From positions 703,157-767,156 of the forward strand of contig CAZSDS010000001.1 of the NCBI GenBank assembly GCA_964605735.1: a stretch of DNA of 64,000 nucleotides, in the 5' to 3' direction. Positions 1 through 8,550 of the stretch are shown here, piece after piece. A program made the translations under genes and the position numbers. How positions within the stretch are numbered: the first letter of the stretch is position 1; the number at the start of each line of letters is the position of its first letter. Below the pieces are notes generated by a model. The model saw only the letters and a list, made by a program, of their open reading frames with translations, was not told the DNA's origin and did no database searches. Source of the stretch: an uncultured Candidatus Saccharibacteria bacterium (lineage in GTDB: Bacteria; Patescibacteriota; Doudnabacteria; UBA920; O2-02-FULL-48-8).

Positions 1-4
1 ATTG

Positions 5-634
5 TTACCTCTGCGGTGCAAGGATTATTACGCTGGTCGTGTCTGTTGTAAAATCTTTTCTCTTGACGGTAATTTTGTCTGATTCCACCGGCTTGCCGCC
101 CATTTCTTTGATGAAGTTGTCAGGCTTGTCGAAGTTTAGATTTAATCCTGGGATTTTATAGCTGTGTGGGACGATGTAATATGGTTCGAGTCTGGTGGCA
201 ATGTCTGCGGCTTTTACGTAATCACAAACATCTTTGCCGCCCACCGGGATCAGGACAATATCCGCGCCCTCCAGTGTTTCTTTCTGGTCGTCCGTAAGCT
301 CGGCCTGGTTAAATGCTCCAAAAAATGCGATTCGGATGTCGTCGAGCTCTATGCTGTAAATGGCATTAGGTCCCAAGGTTTTGTTCTCAGCCGGAGCGCC
401 CATGATATGGCCGCCCTTGATGTCGTATTCGCCCGGGCCGTTGATGACAAACGGTGTGCCTTGGATGGATGAAAGGTTATTGCTCCAGTCAAGTTTCGGG
501 TTGGATAAGATGACCACGTCTGCCGCTCCCCTGACCGGGCTTAAACCTGTCTTGTTGTTGAACGGGTCAGTGATGATTGTGAGGTCTTTTCCGACTAGTT
601 TAAAACTGCTTAAACCGAACCACGTGATTTGCAT
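5..634 (-). CDS. MBL-fold metallo-hydrolase-like protein (lactamase_B_3 type)
   Basis: N-terminal ITWFGLSSF..IITDPF, GPGEYDIKG, DIVLIPVGG and IVPHSY motifs. The canonical metal-binding histidines are largely degenerate. Confidence 0.75.
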   Translation of the reverse strand: MQITWFGLSSFKLVGKDLTIITDPFNNKTGLSPVRGAADVVILSNPKLDWSNNLSSIQGTPFVINGPGEYDIKGGHIMGAPAENKTLGPNAIYSIELDDIRIAFFGAFNQAELTDDQKETLEGADIVLIPVGGKDVCDYVKAADIATRLEPYYIVPHSYKIPGLNLNFDKPDNFIKEMGGKPVESDKITVKRKDFTTDTTSVIILAPQR

Positions 635-771
635 AAATTTACTGTCTTTTAAGGCGTTTCTTACTCACAAATTCTACCAAATTTCGGCTGTTTTGGGAAG
701 CCTTTTTTGGGCCTGATTTTGCCTTAATTTTTGTCCTGAATAAGGGCTTTGTTTTCGCCCCAACTTGACCC

Positions 772-800
772 TTGATTTATGAGGCAAATAAGCGTATAAT
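772..800 (+). promoter_or_regulatory. sigma70-type promoter of rpsA
   Basis: TTGATT-17bp-TATAAT. Confidence 0.6.
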
Positions 801-934
801 TCAAAAGCTTTATCTTGCCTTTTAAGGCAGGGTTGCAGGAAAGGCAGTAACTGTCGCAGCGCCTGCTGTTGAACAACAGCGGGACTTGCCCGGAACATGG
901 GCGGGTCGAACACGTTACTATCTATCTAACACAT

Positions 935-2110
935 ATGTCAGACGCTACAACAAGCGTTGCACAGGATTTCAAGACCATGCAGGAGTTACTGACTCAGGGT
1001 GGCATTGAAATCAAAGTTCCTAAAGTCGGCGATGTTTTGGAAGGCACTATTCTTAGCGCCGGAAAAAATGAAGTTTACGTTGACATTGACGGAATCGGTT
1101 TGGGTGTAGTTCGCGGCCGCGAGCTGTATGACGAATCAATTCGTCTGCAGGCTCTCAAGCCGGGTGATAAGGTTTTTGCCTCAGTGGTTGAGCCTGAGAA
1201 CAAGGAAGGAAACATTGAGTTGTCATTCCGACAGGCTGGCCAGGAACGCGTTTGGTCCACTTTGACCGACCGCATGAAGGCAAAGGAAGTTATCAAGACC
1301 CGCATCCTTGAGGCGAACAAAGGTGGTTTGATGGTCGAGGTAAACGGAGTTATTGGCTTCCTGCCGGTTTCCCAACTCTCATCAGAGCACTACCCTCGCG
1401 TGGAAGAAGCAGACAAGAATAAAATCCTTGAGATTTTGAAGAGCTACGTCGGCCAGGTGTTTGATGTCATGATCATCACAGCAGATCCTCATGAAGAGAA
1501 ACTGATTGTTTCCGAGAAGGCTGTAAATGAAGACATCCTCAGAGAGAAGATCGGCAAGCTGGCGTTGAACCAGGTTGTCGAAGGCGAAGTTTCCGGTGTT
1601 GTCGATTTCGGTATTTTCCTGAAGTTCGGCGATGGTCTGGAAGGCTTGGTCCACATCTCAGAACTGGCATGGAGCCGCATTGATCATCCAAAAGACCTTT
1701 ACAAGGTTGGCGACAAGGTTAAGGCAATGGTTATCTCCATTGATCGCGACCGCATCTCCCTCTCAGTAAAGCGCTTGCAGGCTGATCCTTGGGTGGAAGC
1801 AATCAAGAAGTACCAGGTTGGACAGGTTGTTAAAGGTAAGGTTACAAAGATCATGCCGTTCGGCGCCTTTGTAGAGCTTGATCCGGACATCTACGGCTTG
1901 GTCCACTCCGTTGAACTCTCTAATGAAGAAGTGAAAGACCCTTCTGAAATTGTAAAGATAAACGAAGAGCGTGAATTCAAGATTATTTCCATTGAACCGC
2001 AGGAACACAGGCTTGGTTTGTCTTTGAGAGCCCTTACTGCTCCGGCAAAAGCTGAGAAATCAGAAAAGCCAGTTGCAGAAGCACCAAAAGAAGAAGCTAA
2101 GGCTGAATAA
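935..2110 (+). CDS. rpsA: 30S ribosomal protein S1 (four S1 domains)
   Basis: Repeated S1 motifs (NKGGLMV..GFLPVSQL; FGIFL..EGLVHISEL; FGAFVEL..GLVH). ATG at 935 preferred over the upstream TTG. Confidence 0.93.
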   Translation: MSDATTSVAQDFKTMQELLTQGGIEIKVPKVGDVLEGTILSAGKNEVYVDIDGIGLGVVRGRELYDESIRLQALKPGDKVFASVVEPENKEGNIELSFRQAGQERVWSTLTDRMKAKEVIKTRILEANKGGLMVEVNGVIGFLPVSQLSSEHYPRVEEADKNKILEILKSYVGQVFDVMIITADPHEEKLIVSEKAVNEDILREKIGKLALNQVVEGEVSGVVDFGIFLKFGDGLEGLVHISELAWSRIDHPKDLYKVGDKVKAMVISIDRDRISLSVKRLQADPWVEAIKKYQVGQVVKGKVTKIMPFGAFVELDPDIYGLVHSVELSNEEVKDPSEIVKINEEREFKIISIEPQEHRLGLSLRALTAPAKAEKSEKPVAEAPKEEAKAE

Positions 2111-2119
2111 TGAACGAAT

Positions 2120-2147
2120 AAAAACCTCCCGAAAGGGAGGTTTTTTG
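2120..2147 (+). terminator. Rho-independent terminator after rpsA
   Basis: aaaaacctccc-gaaa-gggaggtttttt. Confidence 0.85.
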
Positions 2148-2156
2148 TTACCTGCA

Positions 2157-2728
2157 TAAACCGCCGGCTTTAGCCGGCGTGTGCGTTTGAAGGCGTAGCC
2201 CTCTGTCACATAAACTAAAGTCACCACACCTTGGTAAGAAGGGAGGTGACTTTAATGTCTAATCGTCGGTTGTATCAACTCGACCATTGCACCTGGAGAT
2301 GTATCTACCACTTGGTTTGGACACCAAGATACCGGGGCCAGGTTCTTCAAGACAAGTATATCAAAGCAGAAGTAAAGCGAATATTCAAGCAGATATGCCA
2401 ATGGAAAGGCTTTGGAATTGAAGGTTGGCACATTGGTGATGAACACATCTATCTCATAGTAATCATTCCACCAAAGTATTCAGTTGCATACGCAACCCAG
2501 GTTCTCAAAGGTAAATCAAGCTCTTGGCTTAAGAAAAAGACAAAACAATTCCCACCAGGACCATTCTGGGCAAGGGGATACTTTGTCACAACCATGGGAC
2601 TAGATGAGCTTACGGTGAAAAACTATGTTGCCAACCAAAAGCACCACCAAAGACCCTTGCCACAACTGCCTTTTCCAGGCTAAGCCTGGATGATAAAAGC
2701 CACCAGCGTCAGCTGGTGGCTAGTTTAC
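2157..2728 (+). mobile_element. IS200/IS605-family element, tnpA only
   Basis: Subterminal hairpins cgccggct-tt-agccggcg (left) and gccaccagc-gtca-gctggtggc (right) flank a Y1 transposase. No tnpB is present. Confidence 0.8.
2255..2683 (+). CDS. tnpA: IS200/IS605 family Y1 transposase, HUH motif altered to H-I-Y
   Basis: YHLVWTPRYR, PPKYSVA..LKGKSS, FWARGYFVTT and YVANQ motifs. GGAGG RBS upstream. Confidence 0.9.
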   Translation: MSNRRLYQLDHCTWRCIYHLVWTPRYRGQVLQDKYIKAEVKRIFKQICQWKGFGIEGWHIGDEHIYLIVIIPPKYSVAYATQVLKGKSSSWLKKKTKQFPPGPFWARGYFVTTMGLDELTVKNYVANQKHHQRPLPQLPFPG

Positions 2729-2756
2729 TTGTTAAAAAATAACACTCAATTGAGTG

Positions 2757-3476
2757 TTATTTAACGCTGTTTTCTAGAGCTGTAAGTTCGTTGTATACCT
2801 GGAGGTTGTTGTAAACCCAGTGGTCTCCTGGTGGTTGCTTGTATAAACCATTCATCTGTTCAAAGTTCATTTGCGAATATTTCACCTGTGATTTTTTTGG
2901 AGCAGTGTTCAGGAAATGGTTCATGGCAACCACCCCTTCACCGAGGTTGTCGCCCATGTCCCAGAGGTCTGAGCCCCCTACTCCCCAGCAGTTGTTCAGG
3001 TGTTCGATGTAACGGCGGCACATAGTGCTTTCTGCATTTGAGAGCGCAAGAATTTTCTTCCAATTATTCTGTTGCAGGATTACATGAGTGTAGTCAGCCA
3101 GCGGTGAGCGTTTGGATTGCAGGTATTGTTTTAGAGCTGTGTTCATTTTCAGCTGGCGCTGAAGTTTGGCAACGGCCTGTTCGTGTCTTTCCTTGAATGA
3201 TTTTTCTTCTGCGCTCTCTTTCAGTTCGCGCATGAACTCGGTATGGTCCCCTGCTTCAAATACAAGCGGGTTGATGATGACAGGCTCAATTTCTGCAGCA
3301 ACTGATTTTTGCGGGAACAGCATAGGAGTAAGACTGAACAACAAAGCCGCAACCAATAATTTGGTGAATGACCCCATGTCCTCTATAGGCTGGGGAACAA
3401 TGTCTATGTGTTTTTTAACTGTTGGGGCTAAGACTTTTTTCGGGTTCTGTTTTTTGACGATTCTTATTGCGTCCAT
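2757..3476 (-). CDS. Membrane-anchored lysozyme/glucosaminidase-like protein
   Basis: Hydrophobic segment, coiled coil, then YLQSKRSPL..ALSNAES..NNCWGVG resembling a lysozyme-fold catalytic Glu motif. Confidence 0.55.
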   Translation of the reverse strand: MDAIRIVKKQNPKKVLAPTVKKHIDIVPQPIEDMGSFTKLLVAALLFSLTPMLFPQKSVAAEIEPVIINPLVFEAGDHTEFMRELKESAEEKSFKERHEQAVAKLQRQLKMNTALKQYLQSKRSPLADYTHVILQQNNWKKILALSNAESTMCRRYIEHLNNCWGVGGSDLWDMGDNLGEGVVAMNHFLNTAPKKSQVKYSQMNFEQMNGLYKQPPGDHWVYNNLQVYNELTALENSVK

Positions 3477-3628
3477 TTAGGGTTTGTTTCAAAAATTAGC
3501 GTGTTTCTTCTGAGAGAACCTTATCAAAAATTAACTTCAGGGTCAATGTTAAGATGTGGATTTGCTTGGGATAAAAAAAACAAACGCGCTAGCTGCCTTT
3601 CGTAAAGCATCTAAGGCGTATGTTTCTT

Positions 3629-3715
3629 TGGTGGGCAAGGAGGGAATCGAACCCTCAATCCCTTGCGGGCCCGGGATTTTAAGTCCCGTGCGTATGCCAG
3701 TTCCGCCACTTGCCC
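3629..3715 (-). tRNA. tRNA-Leu(TAA)
   Basis: Cloverleaf with long variable arm, anticodon loop CTTAAAA, encoded CCA. Confidence 0.95.
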
Positions 3716-3726
3716 CTTATTTCCTT

Positions 3727-3800
3727 TGGAGGTCTGGAGCGGAGTCGAACCGCTGTAAAAGCTTTTGCAGAGCTCTGCCTGACCGCTCGGCCACCAGACC
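3727..3800 (-). tRNA. tRNA-Cys(GCA)
   Basis: Cloverleaf, loop CTGCAAA, U73 discriminator, CCA. Confidence 0.95.
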
Positions 3801-3811
3801 AACTTCGGTAA

Positions 3812-4486
3812 TTATAACAATTTTCCCGACATTTTTCGAGTCTTCAAGAAAAGCTGGAAAACATCGTACTTTCGTTTTAAATACAAACCTGGTGAATTAA
3901 AATACATGTACTTATACAGTTTCAAGCTGTCTTTCGTAGAATAAGCTAGTTGATATGATCTACGGCTTTCGTATAGATGGGGTTTCATAATTCTAAGCTC
4001 TGTTTGGAGTATGTAGTCTAATTGTTCGAGAAATGGTTTACTCCCGCTTGTAAAAACTGTTCTCAATCTTCTTGGGTGACTATTCTTATATTCAATTAGC
4101 ACGGAGCCATCTCCATCGAAATAGCCACGAATAAAATGTTTTAGCTTTTGCTTAGATAGGGCTGGAAAAATCATGGAAAGCGATTTGTTAGGTCTTAGGC
4201 CAATTTTGAATAACTCATTGTAAAGCACATGATTTCCGATTCGTAAAAAATATCTTGCTTGTCGTGTCATGGTTGCAGGTAGAGTAACTATTCTATGCTC
4301 AGATTTAAGCGAGTTTTTTACAATTAAGATTAACTCTTTATCGATACTACTCGCTCTAATATATTTCCCTCTTAAATATGTAGCGTCCTCAAGGCTGCCA
4401 TCTGCATATAGATAACCTAGAATATAAGCTGATTCATTGGTTATTTTTGAAAAAAATTTTTCATTAACTCTATATTTTATGCCCAT
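3812..4486 (-). CDS. LAGLIDADG homing endonuclease (two-motif)
   Basis: YILGYLYADGS and HFIRGYFDGDGS motifs, C-terminal LKRK, AT-rich. Confidence 0.88.
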   Translation of the reverse strand: MGIKYRVNEKFFSKITNESAYILGYLYADGSLEDATYLRGKYIRASSIDKELILIVKNSLKSEHRIVTLPATMTRQARYFLRIGNHVLYNELFKIGLRPNKSLSMIFPALSKQKLKHFIRGYFDGDGSVLIEYKNSHPRRLRTVFTSGSKPFLEQLDYILQTELRIMKPHLYESRRSYQLAYSTKDSLKLYKYMYFNSPGLYLKRKYDVFQLFLKTRKMSGKLL

Positions 4487-4546
4487 AAACGGTGGTTATG
4501 ATATATCCTGCAATTCTATATATAAAATGTAAGTTTGTCTATAAAC

Positions 4547-4575
4547 CAAAACCCCGGGGTTGTCCGGGGTTTTGT
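4547..4575 (-). terminator. Rho-independent terminator
   Basis: aaaaccccgg-ggttgt-ccggggtttt hairpin downstream of the 4581-5366 ORF. Confidence 0.75.
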
Positions 4576-4580
4576 TCATG

Positions 4581-5366
4581 TTAGTTCACAACAGCTGCTG
4601 CGGCTGCGGTTTCAACCAACGCAGCGGCTTCGATAGCCTTAGCCTCAATGGCCTGGGCGGAAGCAAGCACAGCTGGCAAATGCTTTTTGTAGGCGCCTTT
4701 GGTATATGCATACCAAGGTTGGAAACCTCTTCGTGAGTACATTTCCAGGGCTACATCCAGGTTATACTTACAGTCCTGCAAGTTTTCGAAGGTGTGCCAT
4801 GGGTTCCCGGGTTTCCAGTTGATTTGAGCAAGACCGATGTCTATAGAACCATTGCGGTTCAATCCGCGGTTGTCACGAGTACATTCGTGAGTTCCGTTTT
4901 CGGCTTTCAAAATAGCAATGAACGTATTACATTTATCCCCTAATCTAGGACAGACGTATGCACGAATTTCAGGTTCTTGCATGAAGACTCTGTCGGCGCC
5001 GGTTTTCTTTGGCGGAACTGAGTTAGAAGATGTTGAGCTTGTTAAAGTTACAGCTTTCGCTACTGGAAGAACTTGTGCGATTTCAGTGACTGGGAGCGGA
5101 GCCGGATTAGGCACCATCTCCAGTTTAGTAGCAACTTCGACCATTTCTACTTTTTCAGAATTCTTATAGATGTCAGCAATGAGCTGAATTTTAGGAAGTT
5201 CTGGTAATTTTATTGTTGGAAGATTTTTGATTTCAAAGACTTGGGACGTTTTGTTTTCGGTATGAGCATCAGCGGAATTCGGAAAACCGAATAAAGCCAT
5301 GATGGCAAGCATAGAAGCTAAAATTGTGCCATCGATGATGCTCAGCCTCTCAAAACGGGCTGTCAT
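4581..5366 (-). CDS. Secreted lytic transglycosylase/lysozyme-like protein
   Basis: Signal/anchor segment. AENG catalytic Glu, NRNGSIDIGLAQIN and GFQPWYAY are typical of SLT/lysozyme-like folds. Confidence 0.75.
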   Translation of the reverse strand: MTARFERLSIIDGTILASMLAIMALFGFPNSADAHTENKTSQVFEIKNLPTIKLPELPKIQLIADIYKNSEKVEMVEVATKLEMVPNPAPLPVTEIAQVLPVAKAVTLTSSTSSNSVPPKKTGADRVFMQEPEIRAYVCPRLGDKCNTFIAILKAENGTHECTRDNRGLNRNGSIDIGLAQINWKPGNPWHTFENLQDCKYNLDVALEMYSRRGFQPWYAYTKGAYKKHLPAVLASAQAIEAKAIEAAALVETAAAAAVVN

Positions 5367-5737
5367 CTTGAAATACTCGCTGGCTTCCTTAAATCACCCT
5401 TCCTATTCCCTTACATAGCAGAGAGCGGCAAATAGGCTGCAATAAAAGGTAGCTTAGTTTGACCTTTATAAAAAGAACTTTCTGCTGCGTTTTTCGGGCA
5501 CTAAATCCTTGGTGATTTAGTTGCCTGCCCTGGCCTCCCGGAGGAGGCTAGGGTACGCAACTGTGAATGTTATCATAAAAAGGGTGTTTTGTCAAGAGCT
5601 AAAAGGTGGTGAATGACCAATAAATACGTGGGTTTTAGAAAGAAATAGGCGTGTGAAATTGTGATAAAAAATGCATAAAAAACAGCCATTTTAAAGGCTG
5701 TTCCAGGTTGTGCTATTTAGACCCTGTTTTCCTCAGT

Positions 5738-5935
5738 TTATAGAAGCTTTATGTGATGTTTGATGGCTAAATTCTCATGCTTGATATCCCGGACGTCTTT
5801 AACGACTGCATCCAGTGTTGTTGTAATTGTTGTGACAGTATCTTCCACCCTGGTGAGCCGTTCGTCCAGTCCGCGAATATCTTCTTTGGTTGCCAAAACT
5901 TTAGCTAATTTTGCAATATCGGAATTTGTGATCAT
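5738..5935 (-). CDS. Small coiled-coil hypothetical protein
   Basis: ATG ORF with LATKEDI..LDERL heptad pattern. Confidence 0.6.
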   Translation of the reverse strand: MITNSDIAKLAKVLATKEDIRGLDERLTRVEDTVTTITTTLDAVVKDVRDIKHENLAIKHHIKLL

Positions 5936-5991
5936 AGGGGGTTAATTATCCCGCGCTGAAATTTTGCGGTCAATATCAACTCTGTGGATAG

Positions 5992-6363
5992 CTAACTTAG
6001 ATGACCAATCACTCCCGCTGATACAGGCATCACAAGCATAGTGTATAGCATTAAGCTGTAGACCTTAGCTGGGAGTTTAAGTCCGAGCCATTGGTTTCCG
6101 TAGTGAGACAGGCATGAGCCCAAGTATGCCAGCTCTTTTTGTTCAATTGCCCGGAGCCTGTTCTCCCAGACCGTGAACGGACATCCTTTGAATAGTTTCC
6201 AAGAAAACATGGTGGCGCCAAGCAAGACGCCGGCAATTATTGCGTAAAGATATGATGCGAAGATTGACGGGTAGAAAATTGCAAGTACGGGAGAACTTAT
6301 GGCTGATACTGCGAACACTGCAAATATCATAGTATGCAGATAGAGGACGTGTTGGGCTTTCAT
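5992..6363 (-). CDS. DUF2784-like membrane protein
   Basis: Three hydrophobic segments and a GCPFTVWENRLR motif. Confidence 0.6.
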   Translation of the reverse strand: MKAQHVLYLHTMIFAVFAVSAISSPVLAIFYPSIFASYLYAIIAGVLLGATMFSWKLFKGCPFTVWENRLRAIEQKELAYLGSCLSHYGNQWLGLKLPAKVYSLMLYTMLVMPVSAGVIGHLS

Positions 6364-6403
6364 ATGTTGAGCTTAACAGATAAACATTAATATTCCTAAT
6401 TCC

Positions 6404-6793
6404 CTACTTTACTTTGAACCAGACCTCATCTTTGCTGTCTGGTTCGCCATTGTAGTTGCTCATTAATTCCTCACCTTTTTTGATGTCTCTGAGGGCGGTG
6501 AAGATCATAGCTTTTCGTTCAACGTCTTCGTCGTATTCTATGTTGGGCGTGTAGGAGTGGTTGTATAACGAGCCGAACCCAAGCACAATGGCCGGCTGGT
6601 ATTGCGTTGCCCAGGGGAAACAATAATCATCCAAGAGAGTTTTTCTTAAAGTCTTCTCCTGGCTTTTGGGAACAGCTATTACAGGGCAAACTTCGATCAC
6701 TTCACCCTTTTTGATGTCAGCTGTGGCGAACACTCCCCTGCCCTTTTTTCCTGTCTTTCTTACAATAATTTTGGTTGGTGGTTTTATGCGCAT
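6404..6793 (-). CDS. SET-domain protein-lysine methyltransferase
   Basis: GRGVFATADIKKGE, YNHSYTPN, ALRDIKKGEEL..NY. Confidence 0.9.
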   Translation of the reverse strand: MRIKPPTKIIVRKTGKKGRGVFATADIKKGEVIEVCPVIAVPKSQEKTLRKTLLDDYCFPWATQYQPAIVLGFGSLYNHSYTPNIEYDEDVERKAMIFTALRDIKKGEELMSNYNGEPDSKDEVWFKVK

Positions 6794-6898
6794 AGAAGGA
6801 TTTTAGCAAAAAAATCGTTTATAAGGAATATTTTTAGCGTTCGATTCCCTTCCACATACTAAAGAAAAAACTTCCACCTGTTGGTGAAAGTCTTTTCT

Positions 6899-6972
6899 TG
6901 GAGCAGGTAGGGGGAATCGAACCCCCGCATCGTCCTTGGCAAGGACGTGTTCTACCACTAAACCATACCTGC
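6899..6972 (-). tRNA. tRNA-Gly(GCC)
   Basis: Cloverleaf, loop TTGCCAA, CCA. Confidence 0.95.
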
Positions 6973-6991
6973 GCTCTAATATGTTATTTTC

Positions 6992-7066
6992 TGGTGCCCC
7001 GGGTCAGAATCGAACTGACGACACGACGCTCTTCAGGCGTCTGCTCTACCACTGAGCTACCGAGGC
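6992..7066 (-). tRNA. tRNA-Phe(GAA)
   Basis: Cloverleaf, loop CTGAAGA, CCA. Confidence 0.95.
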
Positions 7067-7086
7067 TATTATATCAAAATTTTCTT

Positions 7087-7163
7087 TGGTGGGCGCTAAA
7101 GGATTCGAACCTTTGGCCTTCTCGGTGTAAACGAGACGCTCTAACCAGCTGAGCTAAGCGCCC
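7087..7163 (-). tRNA. tRNA-Val(TAC)
   Basis: Cloverleaf, loop TTTACAC, CCA. Confidence 0.95.
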
Positions 7164-7166
7164 TCT

Positions 7167-7252
7167 TGGTGGGCACGGAGAGACTCGAACTCTCAAGCCA
7201 TAAAGGCACACGCACCTCAAGCGTGCGCGTATACCAGTTCCGCCACGTGCCC
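7167..7252 (-). tRNA. tRNA-Leu(GAG)
   Basis: Cloverleaf with long variable arm, loop TTGAGGT, CCA. Confidence 0.95.
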
Positions 7253-7319
7253 GAACAGTTAAAACCAATTGTAAAAGCCTAAAAATTATACAAAAAATAT
7301 GCTATCCAGTCAATCCGGC

Positions 7320-8165
7320 TTAGAAGGTCCTGTCTTTGCCCACAATCACACGGATTTTGTTCGGCAATGCCTGTATTGTTGTTGGGGCTTTTGCCAGTGT
7401 CCTGTCCCCTTCATAGAAAGGCAGGCCATCCGGCGAACTTATGGTGATGCGCCTTCCGCGCATTACTGCGCATCCTGGAATGTTTTCAAAACAGGCGGTT
7501 GCCAGGTCGCTTCTGTATTTCCAAGCGTCAAACGGGGTTATGCCTGGAAGCAAAAGAATATCCAGTAAGCCGTCTGTCGGGTTGGCTAGTTTCGAGTTGC
7601 TTTTCGCCGCCCTACTGTTGAAGATTGCCCCGAGGGCAACTTCAAATTCAGCGCTGAATTGGTCGTCTATTTCCATTCTCATTTGCACTGGCTTGAGGTT
7701 GGCAGCAAGCGAGAATTTGGAAAAATCGAACATGGATTTTGGGTGCAGGTCGTCCAGTTTCACTCCCAGCCCTATCTTGGTCATAAATAACCCAGACTGT
7801 GCCTGACCCAAGTCCAGCAGTTCAACTCTTCTGTGCGCCAGGGTTTGGCAGGCGTTTTCCACTCCAGCAATCCCCAGAATTTTGGACAGCTCTGAATCAA
7901 CCAAAGGCACATAGCCAATTGTCATTTCTTTGTCCCCCAGGCAATTTATGATTTCCTGGATAGTGCTGTCATAGCCGACTGCCACGATAGTGCTGGCTTC
8001 GCGCAATACCGCAGTCTCTACAAGTTGCGGAATTGTGCGCAATGGCGTAACCCGGGTCATTTCTCCGCTAATTCGAAGCTGAGAAACGCACGAGTACAGC
8101 TGGTTCTGTACTCGTTCAAAAATTTTCTGTTCTATTTTTTGCGGATCAATTATGTAGTAGTACAT
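7320..8165 (-). CDS. Diacylglycerol/lipid kinase family protein (degenerate)
   Basis: IVAVGYDSTI (cf. GGDGT), NPTDGLLDIL, DG-containing C-terminus. Confidence 0.7.
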   Translation of the reverse strand: MYYYIIDPQKIEQKIFERVQNQLYSCVSQLRISGEMTRVTPLRTIPQLVETAVLREASTIVAVGYDSTIQEIINCLGDKEMTIGYVPLVDSELSKILGIAGVENACQTLAHRRVELLDLGQAQSGLFMTKIGLGVKLDDLHPKSMFDFSKFSLAANLKPVQMRMEIDDQFSAEFEVALGAIFNSRAAKSNSKLANPTDGLLDILLLPGITPFDAWKYRSDLATACFENIPGCAVMRGRRITISSPDGLPFYEGDRTLAKAPTTIQALPNKIRVIVGKDRTF

Positions 8166-8171
8166 GGCTGC

Positions 8172-8549
8172 CTACTCCTCGATAACTTCCTCTTCCACAA
8201 TTTGCACCTGCTTTGGCTCTTGCATGCGACAGTTGCCTACGAAAAGCGCGCCGTTTCTTATTTCGAGTTTACTGCACGCGATATTTCCCAGCACCCGGCC
8301 AGTCTCCGCAATTGTCAGCGAGTTTTTAATCGTTACATTCCCCTTAACCACTCCGGCTATGGTGGCATTATTGGCAATAAGATCAGCGTCAATCTGCGCG
8401 TTTGGGCCTATAATCAAATCCTGGGACGTATGCACTTTCCCGGAAACGATCCCGTCAATTCTGATATTGCCCTGGCTTTTTAGTTCACCCTCCACGCGCA
8501 TTGCTGTGGCAATTACGGTTTCCGGATTTTGTTCCATTCGGTTTGGCAT
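8172..8549 (-). CDS. Bactofilin (polymer-forming cytoskeletal protein)
   Basis: Beta-helix repeats TVI..VEGEL..IRIDG..GNI..LEI..GA.F.GNC.M. Confidence 0.9.
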   Translation of the reverse strand: MPNRMEQNPETVIATAMRVEGELKSQGNIRIDGIVSGKVHTSQDLIIGPNAQIDADLIANNATIAGVVKGNVTIKNSLTIAETGRVLGNIACSKLEIRNGALFVGNCRMQEPKQVQIVEEEVIEE

Positions 8550-8550
8550 G

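Noticed and set aside
832-866. SRP RNA (GCAGG...GCAGC resembles helix 8)
   Set aside because: It lacks the GNRA-capped helix-8 geometry and lies in the rpsA leader.
3556-7268. ORFs in the track overlapping tRNAs (3556-3900, 3611-3802, 6898-7152, 7074-7268; likewise 22605-22921, 36003-36194, 49490-49732, 52503-52730)
   Set aside because: Spurious translations of tRNA genes.
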